In this document: positions 43,610 through 53,692 of the stretch, in pieces
Numbering within the stretch: the stretch's first letter is position 1
How the letters are laid out: every line of letters starts with the position of its first letter
Source: Acidobacteriota bacterium
GTDB lineage: Bacteria; Acidobacteriota; CAIWXX01
Length of the DNA: 57,997 bases
Reading direction: 5' to 3'
NCBI GenBank assembly: GCA_040755995.1
Contig: JBFMAF010000019.1
Coordinates: forward strand, 1 to 57,997
The notes under the pieces: generated by a model
What the model saw: only the letters and a program-made list of their open reading frames with translations
What the model was told of the DNA's origin: nothing
Database searches by the model: none
Translations under genes and position numbers: made by a program

Positions 43610-44287
43610 ATGCAGGACTGCAACAGCGGAACGGACGGCCCCGCTGCTCAATCAGGGAGAGCGCTGGCGGCCACACATGATGATATCGCCCTCGTGAAGC
43701 GTCTGCTTGCCGGAGAGGAGGCGGCATTCCTGGAACTGGTACGGACCCACCACGGGCGCCTTATCCGCCTCGCTCTGACCTTCGTGGCGGACCGCTCGGT
43801 AGCGGAGGAAGTTGTGCAGGAGACCTGGTTGGGAGTGCTGAATGGGTTGAGGTCGTTCGAGGGGCGATCGTCCTTGAAGACGTGGATTTGCCGAATCCTC
43901 GCGAACCGTGCCAAGTCGCGCGCCGTCCGGGAGGGCCGCATGATCTCATTCGCATCACTAGCCGAATCGGATGGCGAAGACGAGCCGGCGGTGGAGCCCG
44001 AGAGGTTCACGAGTGCCGGGCGCTGGTCGCAACCGCCGGAGAGCTGGTCCGGCGATACGCCGGAGAAGCTCGTGCTGAGGGAGGAAACTCGCGCGGTCCT
44101 CGATGAGGCCATCGCGGAACTACCGCCCATCCAGCGCGCTGTGCTCACTTTGCGCGATGTCGAGGGCGTGGACTCGGCTAGTATCTGTAACGTCCTCGAG
44201 ATCACCGAGACGAATCAGCGGGTGCTGCTGCATCGCGCGCGATCGAGATTGCGACGCAAGCTTGAGCGGTATCTGAAGAAGGTGTAG
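43610..44287 (+). CDS. ECF RNA polymerase sigma factor
   Basis: AEEVVQETW, FEGRSSLKTW and LRDVEG...NQRVLLHRAR. Confidence 0.92.
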   Translation: MQDCNSGTDGPAAQSGRALAATHDDIALVKRLLAGEEAAFLELVRTHHGRLIRLALTFVADRSVAEEVVQETWLGVLNGLRSFEGRSSLKTWICRILANRAKSRAVREGRMISFASLAESDGEDEPAVEPERFTSAGRWSQPPESWSGDTPEKLVLREETRAVLDEAIAELPPIQRAVLTLRDVEGVDSASICNVLEITETNQRVLLHRARSRLRRKLERYLKKV

Positions 44288-44293
44288 TCACAA

Positions 44294-44524
44294 ATGCTGA
44301 CATGCAAGGAGCTCACCGAGATCATCACGGATTACATCGAGGGGCGTCTTACGCTGTTTCAACGGATCTCGTTCCAACTGCACCTCGGCATGTGTCGTCA
44401 CTGTCGCGCATACCTTCGGCAGATGAGACTGACGGTCCGGACACTCGGGAAGATGCCGACGATGTCGGTGCCGCAGGACGTCGAGCAGGAGCTCCTGAAA
44501 CGCTTCAGGGATTGGAAGAGGTAG
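44294..44524 (+). CDS. zf-HC2 (ZAS) anti-sigma factor, soluble
   Basis: C at position 4 plus HLGMCRHC; directly downstream of the ECF sigma. Confidence 0.9.
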   Translation: MLTCKELTEIITDYIEGRLTLFQRISFQLHLGMCRHCRAYLRQMRLTVRTLGKMPTMSVPQDVEQELLKRFRDWKR

Positions 44525-44542
44525 CAGCCGGAGAGCGCGGAT

Positions 44543-45112
44543 ATGGCGTGGATCGCTACCGTTGAACCCTCCGAAGCAAAGGGAGACTTGCAGGACATCT
44601 TTGAAGCGATCGCTTCCGCGCGGGGGGGCATTGCCGACGTCCATCGGGTGCAGTCGCTGAACCCCCGCGCGATCCGAGCCCATCTCGATCTCTACAAGGC
44701 CGTGGTGTTTCAGAAGTCGACCCTAAGCCGAATCATGCGCGAACGCATCGGTGTGATCGTGTCCGCATCGAATGGGTGTCGCTATTGCGTGAGGCACCAC
44801 GCCGAAGCGTTGCGGGCGTTGAATGACGAGGCGACGATCATCGATGCCCTCGGTGAAGGTGAGGTTCCGGACGAGCTCCCGCCAGCCGAGATCGCCATGC
44901 TCCGATGGGCGAAAGCGGGTGCGGTGGAGCCGGCGCGGAGCACAGAAGCCGAGGTCCGGGACTTGCGAGCACACGGGTTTGACGACCGCGCCATCTTGGA
45001 TGCGGCTCTCACGACTGGCTACTTCTCCTTCGTGAATCGCCTGGTGCTGTTGCTCGGAGTGCACGTCGAGCCCGATCTCGAAAATACCTGTCGCAGAGTC
45101 GAGATGGAGTAG
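44543..45112 (+). CDS. CMD/AhpD-family peroxidase-related protein
   Basis: LSRIMRERI..VSASNGCRYCVRHH and YFSFVNRL. Confidence 0.88.
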   Translation: MAWIATVEPSEAKGDLQDIFEAIASARGGIADVHRVQSLNPRAIRAHLDLYKAVVFQKSTLSRIMRERIGVIVSASNGCRYCVRHHAEALRALNDEATIIDALGEGEVPDELPPAEIAMLRWAKAGAVEPARSTEAEVRDLRAHGFDDRAILDAALTTGYFSFVNRLVLLLGVHVEPDLENTCRRVEME

Positions 45113-45305
45113 GGACGCAGTTGGGCTCGTTCCGTCCCAGTGCGGTTTGTAAGCCGCTCCGTCAGGGGCATCCCTAATTGAGCATTCGCGAGGGCCGTGC
45201 CCGGTCGATCGTCATAGCCGCCGCGGCCTTCGAATACGGAACAGACGCCGATCTGCCGCCGGGGAAGGCTCCAGGCACCGGTGCGGCCTGGGCTGTGAAC
45301 CGGAC

Positions 45306-46199
45306 CTACGGTACGGACAGGCCCAGCTCCTGTCGAAGGTAGCCGTCTATGTTCTTGTTGTGCTGCCAGAAGGCGACGTGGACGGTCTTGATCCGTTCAG
45401 CGGACTCGCCGGTTGACGAACGCCACCGGACTATGTAGTGCGGGTACTTCTTCTCGGTCCAGTAAGTGACGACGCGGTTGCCTACGTGCCACGTCCATTT
45501 GAAGACGGGTTCCGCCTCCCGGCCTTGCACCGCCAGCGTATCGGCGACCTTCTCCACAGAGCCCTTTTCGAATGCCAAGGGTCGGTGCGTGATCCGGCTT
45601 TCCCAGAGGGAGGGGAGAATGTTGTACTCCCTTTTTTCTCCAACCCGAAGGAATTCGCCTTCGAGCTCACGGATGAGCACGGGAAGGCTGTCTTCGTAAA
45701 GGCTCGGTGACGGGGCTGCCAGGTAGTCCTCCTTATCCCCCTCGGCCTCGAAATAGGAATGCATGGTGCGGCTGGCACCGGCGCTATCGGGCAGTAGCTG
45801 CTGGTAGAAATTGCCGCACCATTCGGAGACGGCGATAGAGATCTTTGCGGGACACAGGATGCCCCCGCAGAATCCCGGCTCGAGGGCGCTGAAGACCGAA
45901 GTCATTACTGAGTAGTCGTAGGCACCGGTCGTGAAGTGGAGCGATCGGTTGAGCTTGAGGACACGCAACCGCTGGCCCTGCGGGGTATTGGCATAATCCT
46001 CAACCTTGATCCGTGTGTCCCGATTCATGTCTTCGGCCACGTAGACCAGCACCGTCTGTCCGATCCGGCTTTCACCGTACCGCGGCTGGACCGTTCTGTA
46101 CGACGAGACCTCCGCTTCAGCGGAGATCGACCCCGATGGCTTGGCGGCACCAAAGCCTATCAGAGCCATCAGCACTGCAAATCTTGTCCATCTTCTCAT
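45306..46199 (-). CDS. Hypothetical exported protein
   Basis: N-terminal signal-like segment; conserved-looking motifs RYGE.R.G, KLN...F.TG.YDYS.M.S.F, EWCG and SYFE.EGD; RBS AGGAG. Confidence 0.75.
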   Translation of the reverse strand: MRRWTRFAVLMALIGFGAAKPSGSISAEAEVSSYRTVQPRYGESRIGQTVLVYVAEDMNRDTRIKVEDYANTPQGQRLRVLKLNRSLHFTTGAYDYSVMTSVFSALEPGFCGGILCPAKISIAVSEWCGNFYQQLLPDSAGASRTMHSYFEAEGDKEDYLAAPSPSLYEDSLPVLIRELEGEFLRVGEKREYNILPSLWESRITHRPLAFEKGSVEKVADTLAVQGREAEPVFKWTWHVGNRVVTYWTEKKYPHYIVRWRSSTGESAERIKTVHVAFWQHNKNIDGYLRQELGLSVP

Positions 46200-46620
46200 G
46201 AGTCTCCTATCCTTTCGTCCCCATGCGAGCGGGCCCCACCATCAGGCCGAGGCTTGCGCTTCTGTTTCGCACGTCACTCCTCGCACAGGCAGTAGTCTCG
46301 CGGCACGAAGGAACGTTACTTCCGTGTCGCGGCCCGTGTGCGCTCGATATCAGTCAAGCTGCCCATGACCCAGCGAGGTGTAGGCCCCTCGGGAGGCTTC
46401 TCGATCCGAGCGTCAAGCACTGCATCGAGAGGCAGACTGCGCTCCCCGGTGTCTGGCGAGGTACTGTAACGATTAGCCCGCGTACGAGACTTCACTGATG
46501 GAACGTGGGTGCCGCCGGAAATGGGGGACACCGGCGGCCTGGACACCGGAGAATGGCAATAGTAGCATGCCCACGCCGGTCTGCGGCGATTGCGGCGACG
46601 GCCAGCAAACGGGAGCTAGT

Positions 46621-47880
46621 ATGCAGTACATCATTGTCGGAAACGGAATCGCCGGGACGTCCGCTGCGAGGGCCATCCGGGAGATAGACTCGGGCGGCCC
46701 GATCACCATGATCTCAGGAGAGACTGCCTATCCTTTCTCGCGTACGGCGCTGATGTATCTCGCAATGGGACAGATGCGCCTGGAGGACACGGAATTCCTC
46801 GAACGCCGGTCTTACCGGCAGAATCGCATACACCTCCTGCACGACCGCGCCGAGCGCCTTGACACGGTGAACCGCCGTGTCGTTCTTTCCGGCGGGGACG
46901 AGCTGCAATACGACCGGCTGCTCCTGGCCACGGGTTCCCTTCCGGCCAGGCTCGGCTCCAAGGGGACCGAGCTGGACGGCGTCGTCCACTTCGTCTCGTA
47001 CCTGGACATGGAGCGACTGATGCGACTCGTCGAGCGCGCAAGGAGACGGAGTAGACGCGCCGTCGTCGTAGGCGGCGGTCTGATAGGCATCGAGGTTGCG
47101 GAGGTGCTCGTTCACCACGGCCTCACGGTGGACTACTTGATTCGAGAGGACAGCTACTGGAGCCCGGTGCTCTCTGCCGCCGAGGGGCATTACGTGGAGA
47201 GCCACATGGCGACATTCGGCGTACGGGTCCACCTGCAGCGAGAGCTCGCCGAGATCGTCGGTTCAGGTGGATGCGTGCGGGAGATCGTCACCAACCACCA
47301 GGAGAGGATCCCCTGCGACCTGGTGGCAATCGCCGTCGGGGTCATCCCCAACACCGCCCTGGCGAAGGCCTCGGGCATTCCCACCGGAAGAGGGATACTG
47401 GCCGACTGGCAACTGTCCACCCGGGCGCCCGATGTCTACGCCGCAGGCGATTGCGTGGAGATTGTGACACCGGGTGCGCCCCGCAATTTCATCCGCGCTA
47501 TCTGGTACAGCGCGCGTGACATGGGACGTGTGGCCGGACGGAACATGGCGGGCCGGGCAGACACCTTTGATCCGGGTCAATGGTACAACTCGGCGAAGTT
47601 CTTCCACCTGGAATACACGGCCGCGGGCAAGACGAGCGTCGATGGGGAAGAAGATGGCGAGTATCTCCATCAAGACGGCCGCCATTCGATCCGTATCGTA
47701 CATCGAGACGGACGCCTGCTCGGTTTCAGCATGATCGGCAGCCGGTGGGACCACTCGGTGCTCCTCCGGTTCATTCGCGAGCGCAGGGATCTGGACTATT
47801 TCTTCGCCCACGCGGGTGAAGCTCGCTTCGATTCCGAGATGCAGGGCCGGCTCTCCCTTGGAAGGGAGAAGGCGCTGTGA
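46621..47880 (+). CDS. FAD/NAD(P)-dependent oxidoreductase (pyridine nucleotide-disulfide family)
   Basis: Motifs GNGIAG, LLATGS, GGGLIG.E and YAAGDC. Confidence 0.9.
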   Translation: MQYIIVGNGIAGTSAARAIREIDSGGPITMISGETAYPFSRTALMYLAMGQMRLEDTEFLERRSYRQNRIHLLHDRAERLDTVNRRVVLSGGDELQYDRLLLATGSLPARLGSKGTELDGVVHFVSYLDMERLMRLVERARRRSRRAVVVGGGLIGIEVAEVLVHHGLTVDYLIREDSYWSPVLSAAEGHYVESHMATFGVRVHLQRELAEIVGSGGCVREIVTNHQERIPCDLVAIAVGVIPNTALAKASGIPTGRGILADWQLSTRAPDVYAAGDCVEIVTPGAPRNFIRAIWYSARDMGRVAGRNMAGRADTFDPGQWYNSAKFFHLEYTAAGKTSVDGEEDGEYLHQDGRHSIRIVHRDGRLLGFSMIGSRWDHSVLLRFIRERRDLDYFFAHAGEARFDSEMQGRLSLGREKAL

Positions 47881-49022
47881 TCGAAACGGTCAGACGATTC
47901 ATCCGCCTTGCCGTGATCCCCGCGTATCTTTTCGCATACTTCGCCGGCCTGCTCACCCAGGGCAGATGGGGGCTCGTGCTGCACTTCGCGCTCCTGTTCG
48001 TCGGCATGTGGTCATTCGTGCGCCGCTGGCTCCCAATCGGCGCTTACACGCTGGCAGCGATTTTCATGCTCTTCTATTTCTTGCTGTACTGGACCGATAT
48101 CTTCTCGGTGCTGGCGTCGGGCCTTGGGCTTGCAAACAAGTGGATGCTCTATGGCGTGATCTATACGCTCCTGGTGCTGGGATTCGGCGTTCAGTTCATT
48201 ATTCGCAACAGGCACAGCCGCTACCACGTGTGGCGCACAGTGAGCCTCATGTCTGTCCAGCTGTTCCTCGCCTTCACCCTGCCCGTGCTCATGCCCGTCC
48301 TTGATCAGCCAGCCTACTACTTCAGCTACCTCTGGCCCCTGAAGATCGACTACTTCTACCCCTCCGTCATCCTCAAGTACCCGCTGCCCTTCGTCTTCTA
48401 CAGCTTCCTGGGCTCCTTGATCCTGGCGCCGGCGCTGGCACTGATACTTGGAAAGCGATTCTACTGTTCGTGGGTATGCGGCTGCGGCGGGCTCGCCGAG
48501 ACGTTCGGCGACAGGTGGAGGCACCTGTCGGACAAGTCGACGGAGGCCTGGAAGTTCGAGAAGGTCGCCATTCACACCGTTCTGGTGATCGCCGTGCTCG
48601 GAACCGCCATTGTGATCCTCTCATGGACGCTCCACGACGACCTCTCCAGGCACGCACCATGGCTTTCCGGCGCGGCCGTGCGCTTCGAGAAGATATACGG
48701 TTTCGTCGTGGGCTCAGTCCTGGCCGGAGTTGTGGGGGTCGGCGTATATCCGACTCTCGGACCGCGCGTCTGGTGCCGCTACTTCTGCCCAATGGCCGCG
48801 CTGCTCGGACTGATCCAGAAGGCGGGGCGTTTCCGGATCCGCGTCAAGCCGGACATGTGCATCTCCTGCGGCAACTGCTCAACCTACTGCGAGATGGGCA
48901 TCGATGTCAGGGCGTACGCCCAGAGGAACGAATCGTTCACGCGAGCGAGCTGTGTGGGCTGCGGCATGTGTTCGCACGTCTGCCCGCGCGGAGTCCTGCG
49001 CCTCGAGAACCGGTCGCGATGA
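47877..49022 (+). CDS. Membrane 4Fe-4S protein (NapH/MauN-like)
   Basis: Multiple TMs, CSWVCGCG, WCRYFCP, CISCGNCSTYC and CVGCGMCSHVCP. Confidence 0.9.
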   Translation: MIETVRRFIRLAVIPAYLFAYFAGLLTQGRWGLVLHFALLFVGMWSFVRRWLPIGAYTLAAIFMLFYFLLYWTDIFSVLASGLGLANKWMLYGVIYTLLVLGFGVQFIIRNRHSRYHVWRTVSLMSVQLFLAFTLPVLMPVLDQPAYYFSYLWPLKIDYFYPSVILKYPLPFVFYSFLGSLILAPALALILGKRFYCSWVCGCGGLAETFGDRWRHLSDKSTEAWKFEKVAIHTVLVIAVLGTAIVILSWTLHDDLSRHAPWLSGAAVRFEKIYGFVVGSVLAGVVGVGVYPTLGPRVWCRYFCPMAALLGLIQKAGRFRIRVKPDMCISCGNCSTYCEMGIDVRAYAQRNESFTRASCVGCGMCSHVCPRGVLRLENRSR

Positions 49023-49738
49023 GAGACTGCATCCTCCTGTTCATGAAGAACCCACGACCGGGCACGGTCAAGACGCGCCTGGCCCGTTTCATCGGCGCTG
49101 AGGCCGCCTGCGAAATCTATCGCTGCAGCATCCTGGATCTGCTGCGAACCCTGAGAAGCGTCCCCGCTCGGTTGCGCGTCTGTTTCACTCCGGCGAATGC
49201 TGGACGACAGGTCGAGCAGCTTGTCGGGCGCGATACCGTCTGCCAGCCGCAACGTGGACGAGATTTGGGGAAACGCATGGAGAGCGCGTTCCTCGACGCG
49301 TTCAACGAGGATGGCCACGACCGGGCTGTCCTCGTCGGCAGCGACCTTCCGGATCTGCCGTCGTCCATCCTAGAGGACGCGCTGAGGTCGCTGCGCAATC
49401 ATGATTCGGTGATCGGGCCTTCGGAGGACGGCGGCTACTATCTCATCGGTTTCAGGCGACGGAGTTTCACCGGCAGTGTTTTCAGCGGCATCCGGTGGGG
49501 CGGCCCGCGAGTGTTTGAGGACACAGCACGCATCCTGCTCACCGAACACCTCCGAACCCATCGTCTCACACTGTGGCATGATATGGACACGATGGCCGAC
49601 CTCGGAGAGTACATCCGAAGGAACCGAGACACTCCGCACCGTCTCTCGAAGACCTACGTCACAGCCGCGACATGTTTGGATTCCCTGACCAACTTAGATC
49701 GAAACGAACGCTGGAAAACGAGGAGGTACCGTGTCTGA
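49019..49738 (+). CDS. DUF2064/TIGR04282-type arsenosugar-associated glycosyltransferase
   Basis: Motifs PGTVKTRL, QRGRDLGKRM, GSDLP, GPSEDGGYYLIG and DMDT..DL. Confidence 0.88.
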   Translation: MRDCILLFMKNPRPGTVKTRLARFIGAEAACEIYRCSILDLLRTLRSVPARLRVCFTPANAGRQVEQLVGRDTVCQPQRGRDLGKRMESAFLDAFNEDGHDRAVLVGSDLPDLPSSILEDALRSLRNHDSVIGPSEDGGYYLIGFRRRSFTGSVFSGIRWGGPRVFEDTARILLTEHLRTHRLTLWHDMDTMADLGEYIRRNRDTPHRLSKTYVTAATCLDSLTNLDRNERWKTRRYRV

Positions 49739-50066
49739 CACCTACTACGAGAAAACGGATCTGCTGGACTTCCCGAACATCGGTGAGTACGCCTGCGAGC
49801 AGGGCGCCGCGTTCTTCGACTACTATCAGAAGGCCACCGCCGCCTCGGCCTTGTCGGAGAGGGAGAAGTCTCTCATTGCTTTGGCGGTTGCGGCTACACA
49901 GCACTGCCCCTACTGCATCGACGCCTACACGACCAAGTGCCTGTCGCTCGGCCTCACCAACGACGAGATGATGGAAGCCGTCCACGTCGGCGCATCCATG
50001 GCCGCCGGCGTCATCCTCGCGCACGCCACACAGATGCGCAAGATCATCAAGAAGAAGGGGATGTGA
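49731..50066 (+). CDS. Arsenosugar-cluster-associated peroxidase-like CMD protein
   Basis: ALSEREKSLIALAVA...CPYCIDAYT, EAVHV; RBS GAGGAGG before GTG. Confidence 0.9.
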   Translation: MSDTYYEKTDLLDFPNIGEYACEQGAAFFDYYQKATAASALSEREKSLIALAVAATQHCPYCIDAYTTKCLSLGLTNDEMMEAVHVGASMAAGVILAHATQMRKIIKKKGM

Positions 50067-51083
50067 ATGTCGCCTGAAGAACAGCTCCGGGTGCTTGCAG
50101 AGTCGACGCGAATTCCTCCGATTCAGCAGCGGCTGAGCGAGTCGGCGGAGTTCCCGCTGCGGGCACGGGAAGTGGAGATCCTGCAGATCAACGTGGGGAG
50201 ACTCTGCAACCTCTCGTGCCGGCACTGCCATGTCGAGGCGGGCCCTGCCCGCAGCGAGACCATGTCAGGGGAGACGTTCGACCTCTGTTCGGCCGTGATC
50301 CGGTCGCACCCGTTCCTCACTGTGGACATCACCGGGGGAGCTCCGGAGATGAATCCACATCTGCCCGGTTTCGTTCAGAGAGTGGCAGGCCACGCCGCGC
50401 GGCTCATCGTCAGATCGAACCTGGTCATTCTGCTTGAACCGGAGTACCGGCATCTGATCGAGCTGTTCGCCCGGAACAGGGTGGAAATCGTCGGTTCCCT
50501 GCCCGACTACCGCTCGGGACGAACCGACGCCCAGCGGGGCGGCAACGTTTTCGCGCGAAGCGTGGAAGCGATTCGCATGCTGAATGACGCCGGATACGCG
50601 GCGGACGGGTCGGACCTGGCGTTGCACCTCGTGCACAATCCGGTTGGCGCCTATCTTCCAGCCTCGCAGGCTGCACTTGAACGCGAGTACCGTCGAGCTC
50701 TGCAGGAGTCGCACGGAGCTCGCTTCAACCATCTGTTCTGCTTCTCCAACATGCCCGTCGGACGTTTTCTGGATTTCCTCCTGCGCACGGACAACTACGA
50801 AGACTACCTGTCGACGCTGTCATCTGCGTACAACCCGGCCGCGGCCGCAAACGTGATGTGCAAGGCAACTGTATCGGTCGATTGGGAAGGGAGGCTTTTC
50901 GACTGCGACTTCAACCAGGTCCTTAACCTGCCGGTCGACTCGGCCGCCCCCAGCCACATCCGGCACTTCGATATGAAGAGACTCTCAGGACGCCGGATCG
51001 TCACGGCCAACCACTGCTACGGCTGCACGGCTGGGATGGGATCGTCCTGTCAGGGTGCCACGGCACAATCGAAGGCATCCTGA
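50067..51083 (+). CDS. arsS: Arsenosugar biosynthesis radical SAM protein ArsS
   Basis: CNLSCRHCHVEAGP, DITGGAPEMNP, NMPVGRF, DCDFNQ and HCYGCTAGMGSSC. Confidence 0.9.
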   Translation: MSPEEQLRVLAESTRIPPIQQRLSESAEFPLRAREVEILQINVGRLCNLSCRHCHVEAGPARSETMSGETFDLCSAVIRSHPFLTVDITGGAPEMNPHLPGFVQRVAGHAARLIVRSNLVILLEPEYRHLIELFARNRVEIVGSLPDYRSGRTDAQRGGNVFARSVEAIRMLNDAGYAADGSDLALHLVHNPVGAYLPASQAALEREYRRALQESHGARFNHLFCFSNMPVGRFLDFLLRTDNYEDYLSTLSSAYNPAAAANVMCKATVSVDWEGRLFDCDFNQVLNLPVDSAAPSHIRHFDMKRLSGRRIVTANHCYGCTAGMGSSCQGATAQSKAS

Positions 51084-51121
51084 ATTCCCGAACGGGAAGT
51101 CCTCATCGCAGCGGCGAGTCC

Positions 51122-52471
51122 ATGACGGTGAACCAGGCACGCTCTGCCAGGCCTGGGAGGAGCCCGGTTCTGGTCAGGACCGCGGCCATCGTCGTGTATT
51201 GCGGATCGGCGGCGCTCTTCAGCCTGTTTCTCTATCAGGGCTCCGCCAGCTCAGTGTACTTCTCAGGGATTCCTCTCTTCTTCTCGTTCCCGGTCCTGGC
51301 CATGTCTCTGTCGCGATGGGAAGGGCGATGCGGGAAGGCGTGGCTTGTCGCAGTCGTGGCACCGGCGCTCCTGTTTCGCGTTTCGCTCTGGGGTGTGAAG
51401 CCGGAGGTCCTTTCCAATGACGTCTACCGCTATCTGTGGGATGGGAAGTTGTCCTGGAATCGAATCAATCCCTTTTCCTACGCCCCGGCCGACGACAGGC
51501 TTGCGCCCCTCAAGAACGATCCGCTCTACGACAAGGTCGCCCACAGGACCTTCAAGACGATATACCCACCCGTCAGCCAGTTCGTCTTCATGGCCGCATA
51601 CGCGATGGGCAAGGGGCGGCTTTGGCCGCTGCGGCTCATATACCTGTTGGCCGAGGCCGGGCTGGTGCTTCTGCTTCTGGGGCTGCTCAGAGACAGGCGC
51701 CGGATCGTCTGGTACGTCTTCTGCCCGCTTGTGATCGTGGAGACACACGCAGGCCTGCACGTCGACATCATCTCGGCCGTCCTGTTGACGGCGGCGTTTG
51801 CCCTGTTGCAGAAGCGATCGTTCTTTCCCATGGCGGCTGCCGCCGTCTCGGCCGCTCTTACGAAGTACATCCCCGTCGTGGCGTTGCCGGTTTTCTTTCT
51901 TGAGCAAGTCCGAAGTGTTCGGAGCCGGCGCGGCGCCGGCCTCGCGTCCGCCGCGGTCCACAGCCTTCCAGCCTGGTTGCTCGCGGGTCTGCTGGCGATC
52001 ATCCTGTTTCTGCCGTTTCTGGGAGTGGGCTGGAGTCTGTTCGAGCAGCTGCTCATCTACAACCGCCATTGGGAGTTCAATGCGTCGCTCTACTCGATAT
52101 GCCAATGGGTCGCCGGGGACAGGACGTTTTTCGTGCGGTTGGTTCTGACGGCGGCGGCTCTTCTGGCCGTCTACGCCTCGAGCATGGGGGCGGAGGCCCG
52201 AGTGAAGTGGAGTATGCTGTCTCTGCTTCTGCTGGGTCCTACGCTCTACCCCTGGTACCTGATATGCCTCATCCCGTTTATGTTCATGGACCTGAGGGCC
52301 AGCGATGCGGTTCTGGTCACGGTCGTGTACCTCTCGTATTGGATCCTGGTCACCTGGGCGGATACCGGAGTCTGGCGCGAGAATGCGTCGGTCAAGCTGC
52401 TCCAATTCGTGCCCTACTACTCGCTTCTGGCTTTCGAGCTCGTGAGAAGGAGAGATGTACAAGAACTCTAG
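51122..52471 (+). CDS. GT87-like polytopic membrane glycosyltransferase
   Basis: SNDVYRYLWDG, NPF..AP, TIYPP, HVD, WEFNAS and YPWY. Confidence 0.8.
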   Translation: MTVNQARSARPGRSPVLVRTAAIVVYCGSAALFSLFLYQGSASSVYFSGIPLFFSFPVLAMSLSRWEGRCGKAWLVAVVAPALLFRVSLWGVKPEVLSNDVYRYLWDGKLSWNRINPFSYAPADDRLAPLKNDPLYDKVAHRTFKTIYPPVSQFVFMAAYAMGKGRLWPLRLIYLLAEAGLVLLLLGLLRDRRRIVWYVFCPLVIVETHAGLHVDIISAVLLTAAFALLQKRSFFPMAAAAVSAALTKYIPVVALPVFFLEQVRSVRSRRGAGLASAAVHSLPAWLLAGLLAIILFLPFLGVGWSLFEQLLIYNRHWEFNASLYSICQWVAGDRTFFVRLVLTAAALLAVYASSMGAEARVKWSMLSLLLLGPTLYPWYLICLIPFMFMDLRASDAVLVTVVYLSYWILVTWADTGVWRENASVKLLQFVPYYSLLAFELVRRRDVQEL

Positions 52472-53180
52472 AATCGCCGTCATCATCCCCGCGCTGAACG
52501 AAGAGGAGTCGCTGCCCGGGGTCCTGCTGGAGATCCCCGTTTACGTCGACGTGGTGCTCGTGGCCGACAACGGATCGAGCGACGGGACATCGCGGGTGGC
52601 GCTGGAGAGAGACTACGGGAAGCCTGTGCGGGTGGTCCGCGAGGAGAAGCGGGGGTATGGGCATGCGTGCCTGAGAGCGATGCGGGAGCTTCGAGATGAG
52701 GAGATCGTTGTGTACCTGGATGCGGACCGCAGCGATCATCCTGAGCTCATGCAGATGATCCTGGACCCCATCCTCTCGGACCATGCGGACCTCGCGCTGT
52801 CCAATCGATTCTCCGCTGGACTCGAGAAGGGGGCGATGAGCACGCCCCAGTTCTTCGGCAACAAGCTCTGCACGTTCCTGATCCGGCTCTTCTGGGGCCA
52901 TTCATACAAGGACCTCGGCCCGTTTCGAGCCATCCGCCGTTCCTCGCTCGATCTGCTGCGCATGCAGGATGGGAACTACGGGTGGACGATCGAGATGCAG
53001 ATCAAAGCCATTGAGAAGGGTCTGAAGATCGTCGAGGTTGACATGCCATACCGCTGTCGCGAGCGAGGGAAGTCGAAGGTGAGTGGTACTGCAAGAGGCG
53101 TCATACTGGCGGGAGCCAAGATTCTCTACACCATCTTGAGATTCAGGTTCCTGAGGCGGCGCGAGCGACAGCTTCGCTAG
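52455..53180 (+). CDS. GT2 glycosyltransferase (DPM1-like)
   Basis: IIPALNEE, DNGSSDGT, GYG.AC, DAD, DLGPFRAI and YGWTIEMQ. Confidence 0.92.
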   Translation: MYKNSRIAVIIPALNEEESLPGVLLEIPVYVDVVLVADNGSSDGTSRVALERDYGKPVRVVREEKRGYGHACLRAMRELRDEEIVVYLDADRSDHPELMQMILDPILSDHADLALSNRFSAGLEKGAMSTPQFFGNKLCTFLIRLFWGHSYKDLGPFRAIRRSSLDLLRMQDGNYGWTIEMQIKAIEKGLKIVEVDMPYRCRERGKSKVSGTARGVILAGAKILYTILRFRFLRRRERQLR

Positions 53181-53512
53181 AGGATCTCGCCTGTCCCTGC
53201 CGCCGACATTCCGGCAGAGTGGCGTGTATGATTTCAGCGTCTGGCCGTGCGGGAGCGAGGCAGCTCGGGGGGTTCGAGCTTTAACGGATCACACCGCGAG
53301 ACCAGCCTGTCAACACCGGGTTCCAGTCGGCGATCTACCGCGATCAGGGGGGCCTCGCCCGGGCCGTCAACAGGGTGCACGGTTGCGCAACCGAGAATGG
53401 TCGCGAAGAGTCTTGCGGATAGTGATCGGGCAGGCCGAGGAGCTGAAGGAGCGAATGGAGGGCATCGAGCAGGCGGGCCCGCGGTGTCGGGTGCGGCGGG
53501 CATCCGCAGCGC

Positions 53513-53658
53513 GTGAAGAATCGTTCACTCGGCTGTGAAATTGTCTTCACTGGGGGCGATCACGAGAAATTGCTGGCGCACAGCCTCCCCTCCACCACGA
53601 ACCGGGACGGCCCTGTGAAGCTCGCTTCACTGCCCGTGACCGGTGAAGGCAGAAGCAC
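53513..53658. promoter_or_regulatory. Repeated palindromes GTGAA-N6-TTCAC (53513-28, 53535-50, 53615-30; partial 53643-58), putative enhancer sites
   Basis: Three perfect 16-bp dyads located 70-200 bp upstream of a sigma-54 promoter. Confidence 0.7.
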
Positions 53659-53692
53659 CTTGGAGATTGTTGACTCTGACCAGCCGGCCAGG

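Noticed and set aside
46200..46620. Minus-strand ORF ending ...PRWVMGSL and the upstream extension of the oxidoreductase
   Set aside because: I cannot assign a family. The oxidoreductase homology begins at ATG 46621, so this is treated as a divergent promoter region.
42348..51083. Selenocysteine (UGA) readthrough in ArsS, CMD or ArsM
   Set aside because: The relevant positions are Cys codons, the breaks in arsM and arsS are deletions rather than in-frame UGA, and downstream genes start right at the stops.
53513..53630. GTGAA/TTCAC boxes as CRP/FNR sites or a mini-CRISPR
   Set aside because: The half-site spacing is 2 bp longer than the CRP box, the internal bases differ, the spacing is irregular and no cas genes are present.
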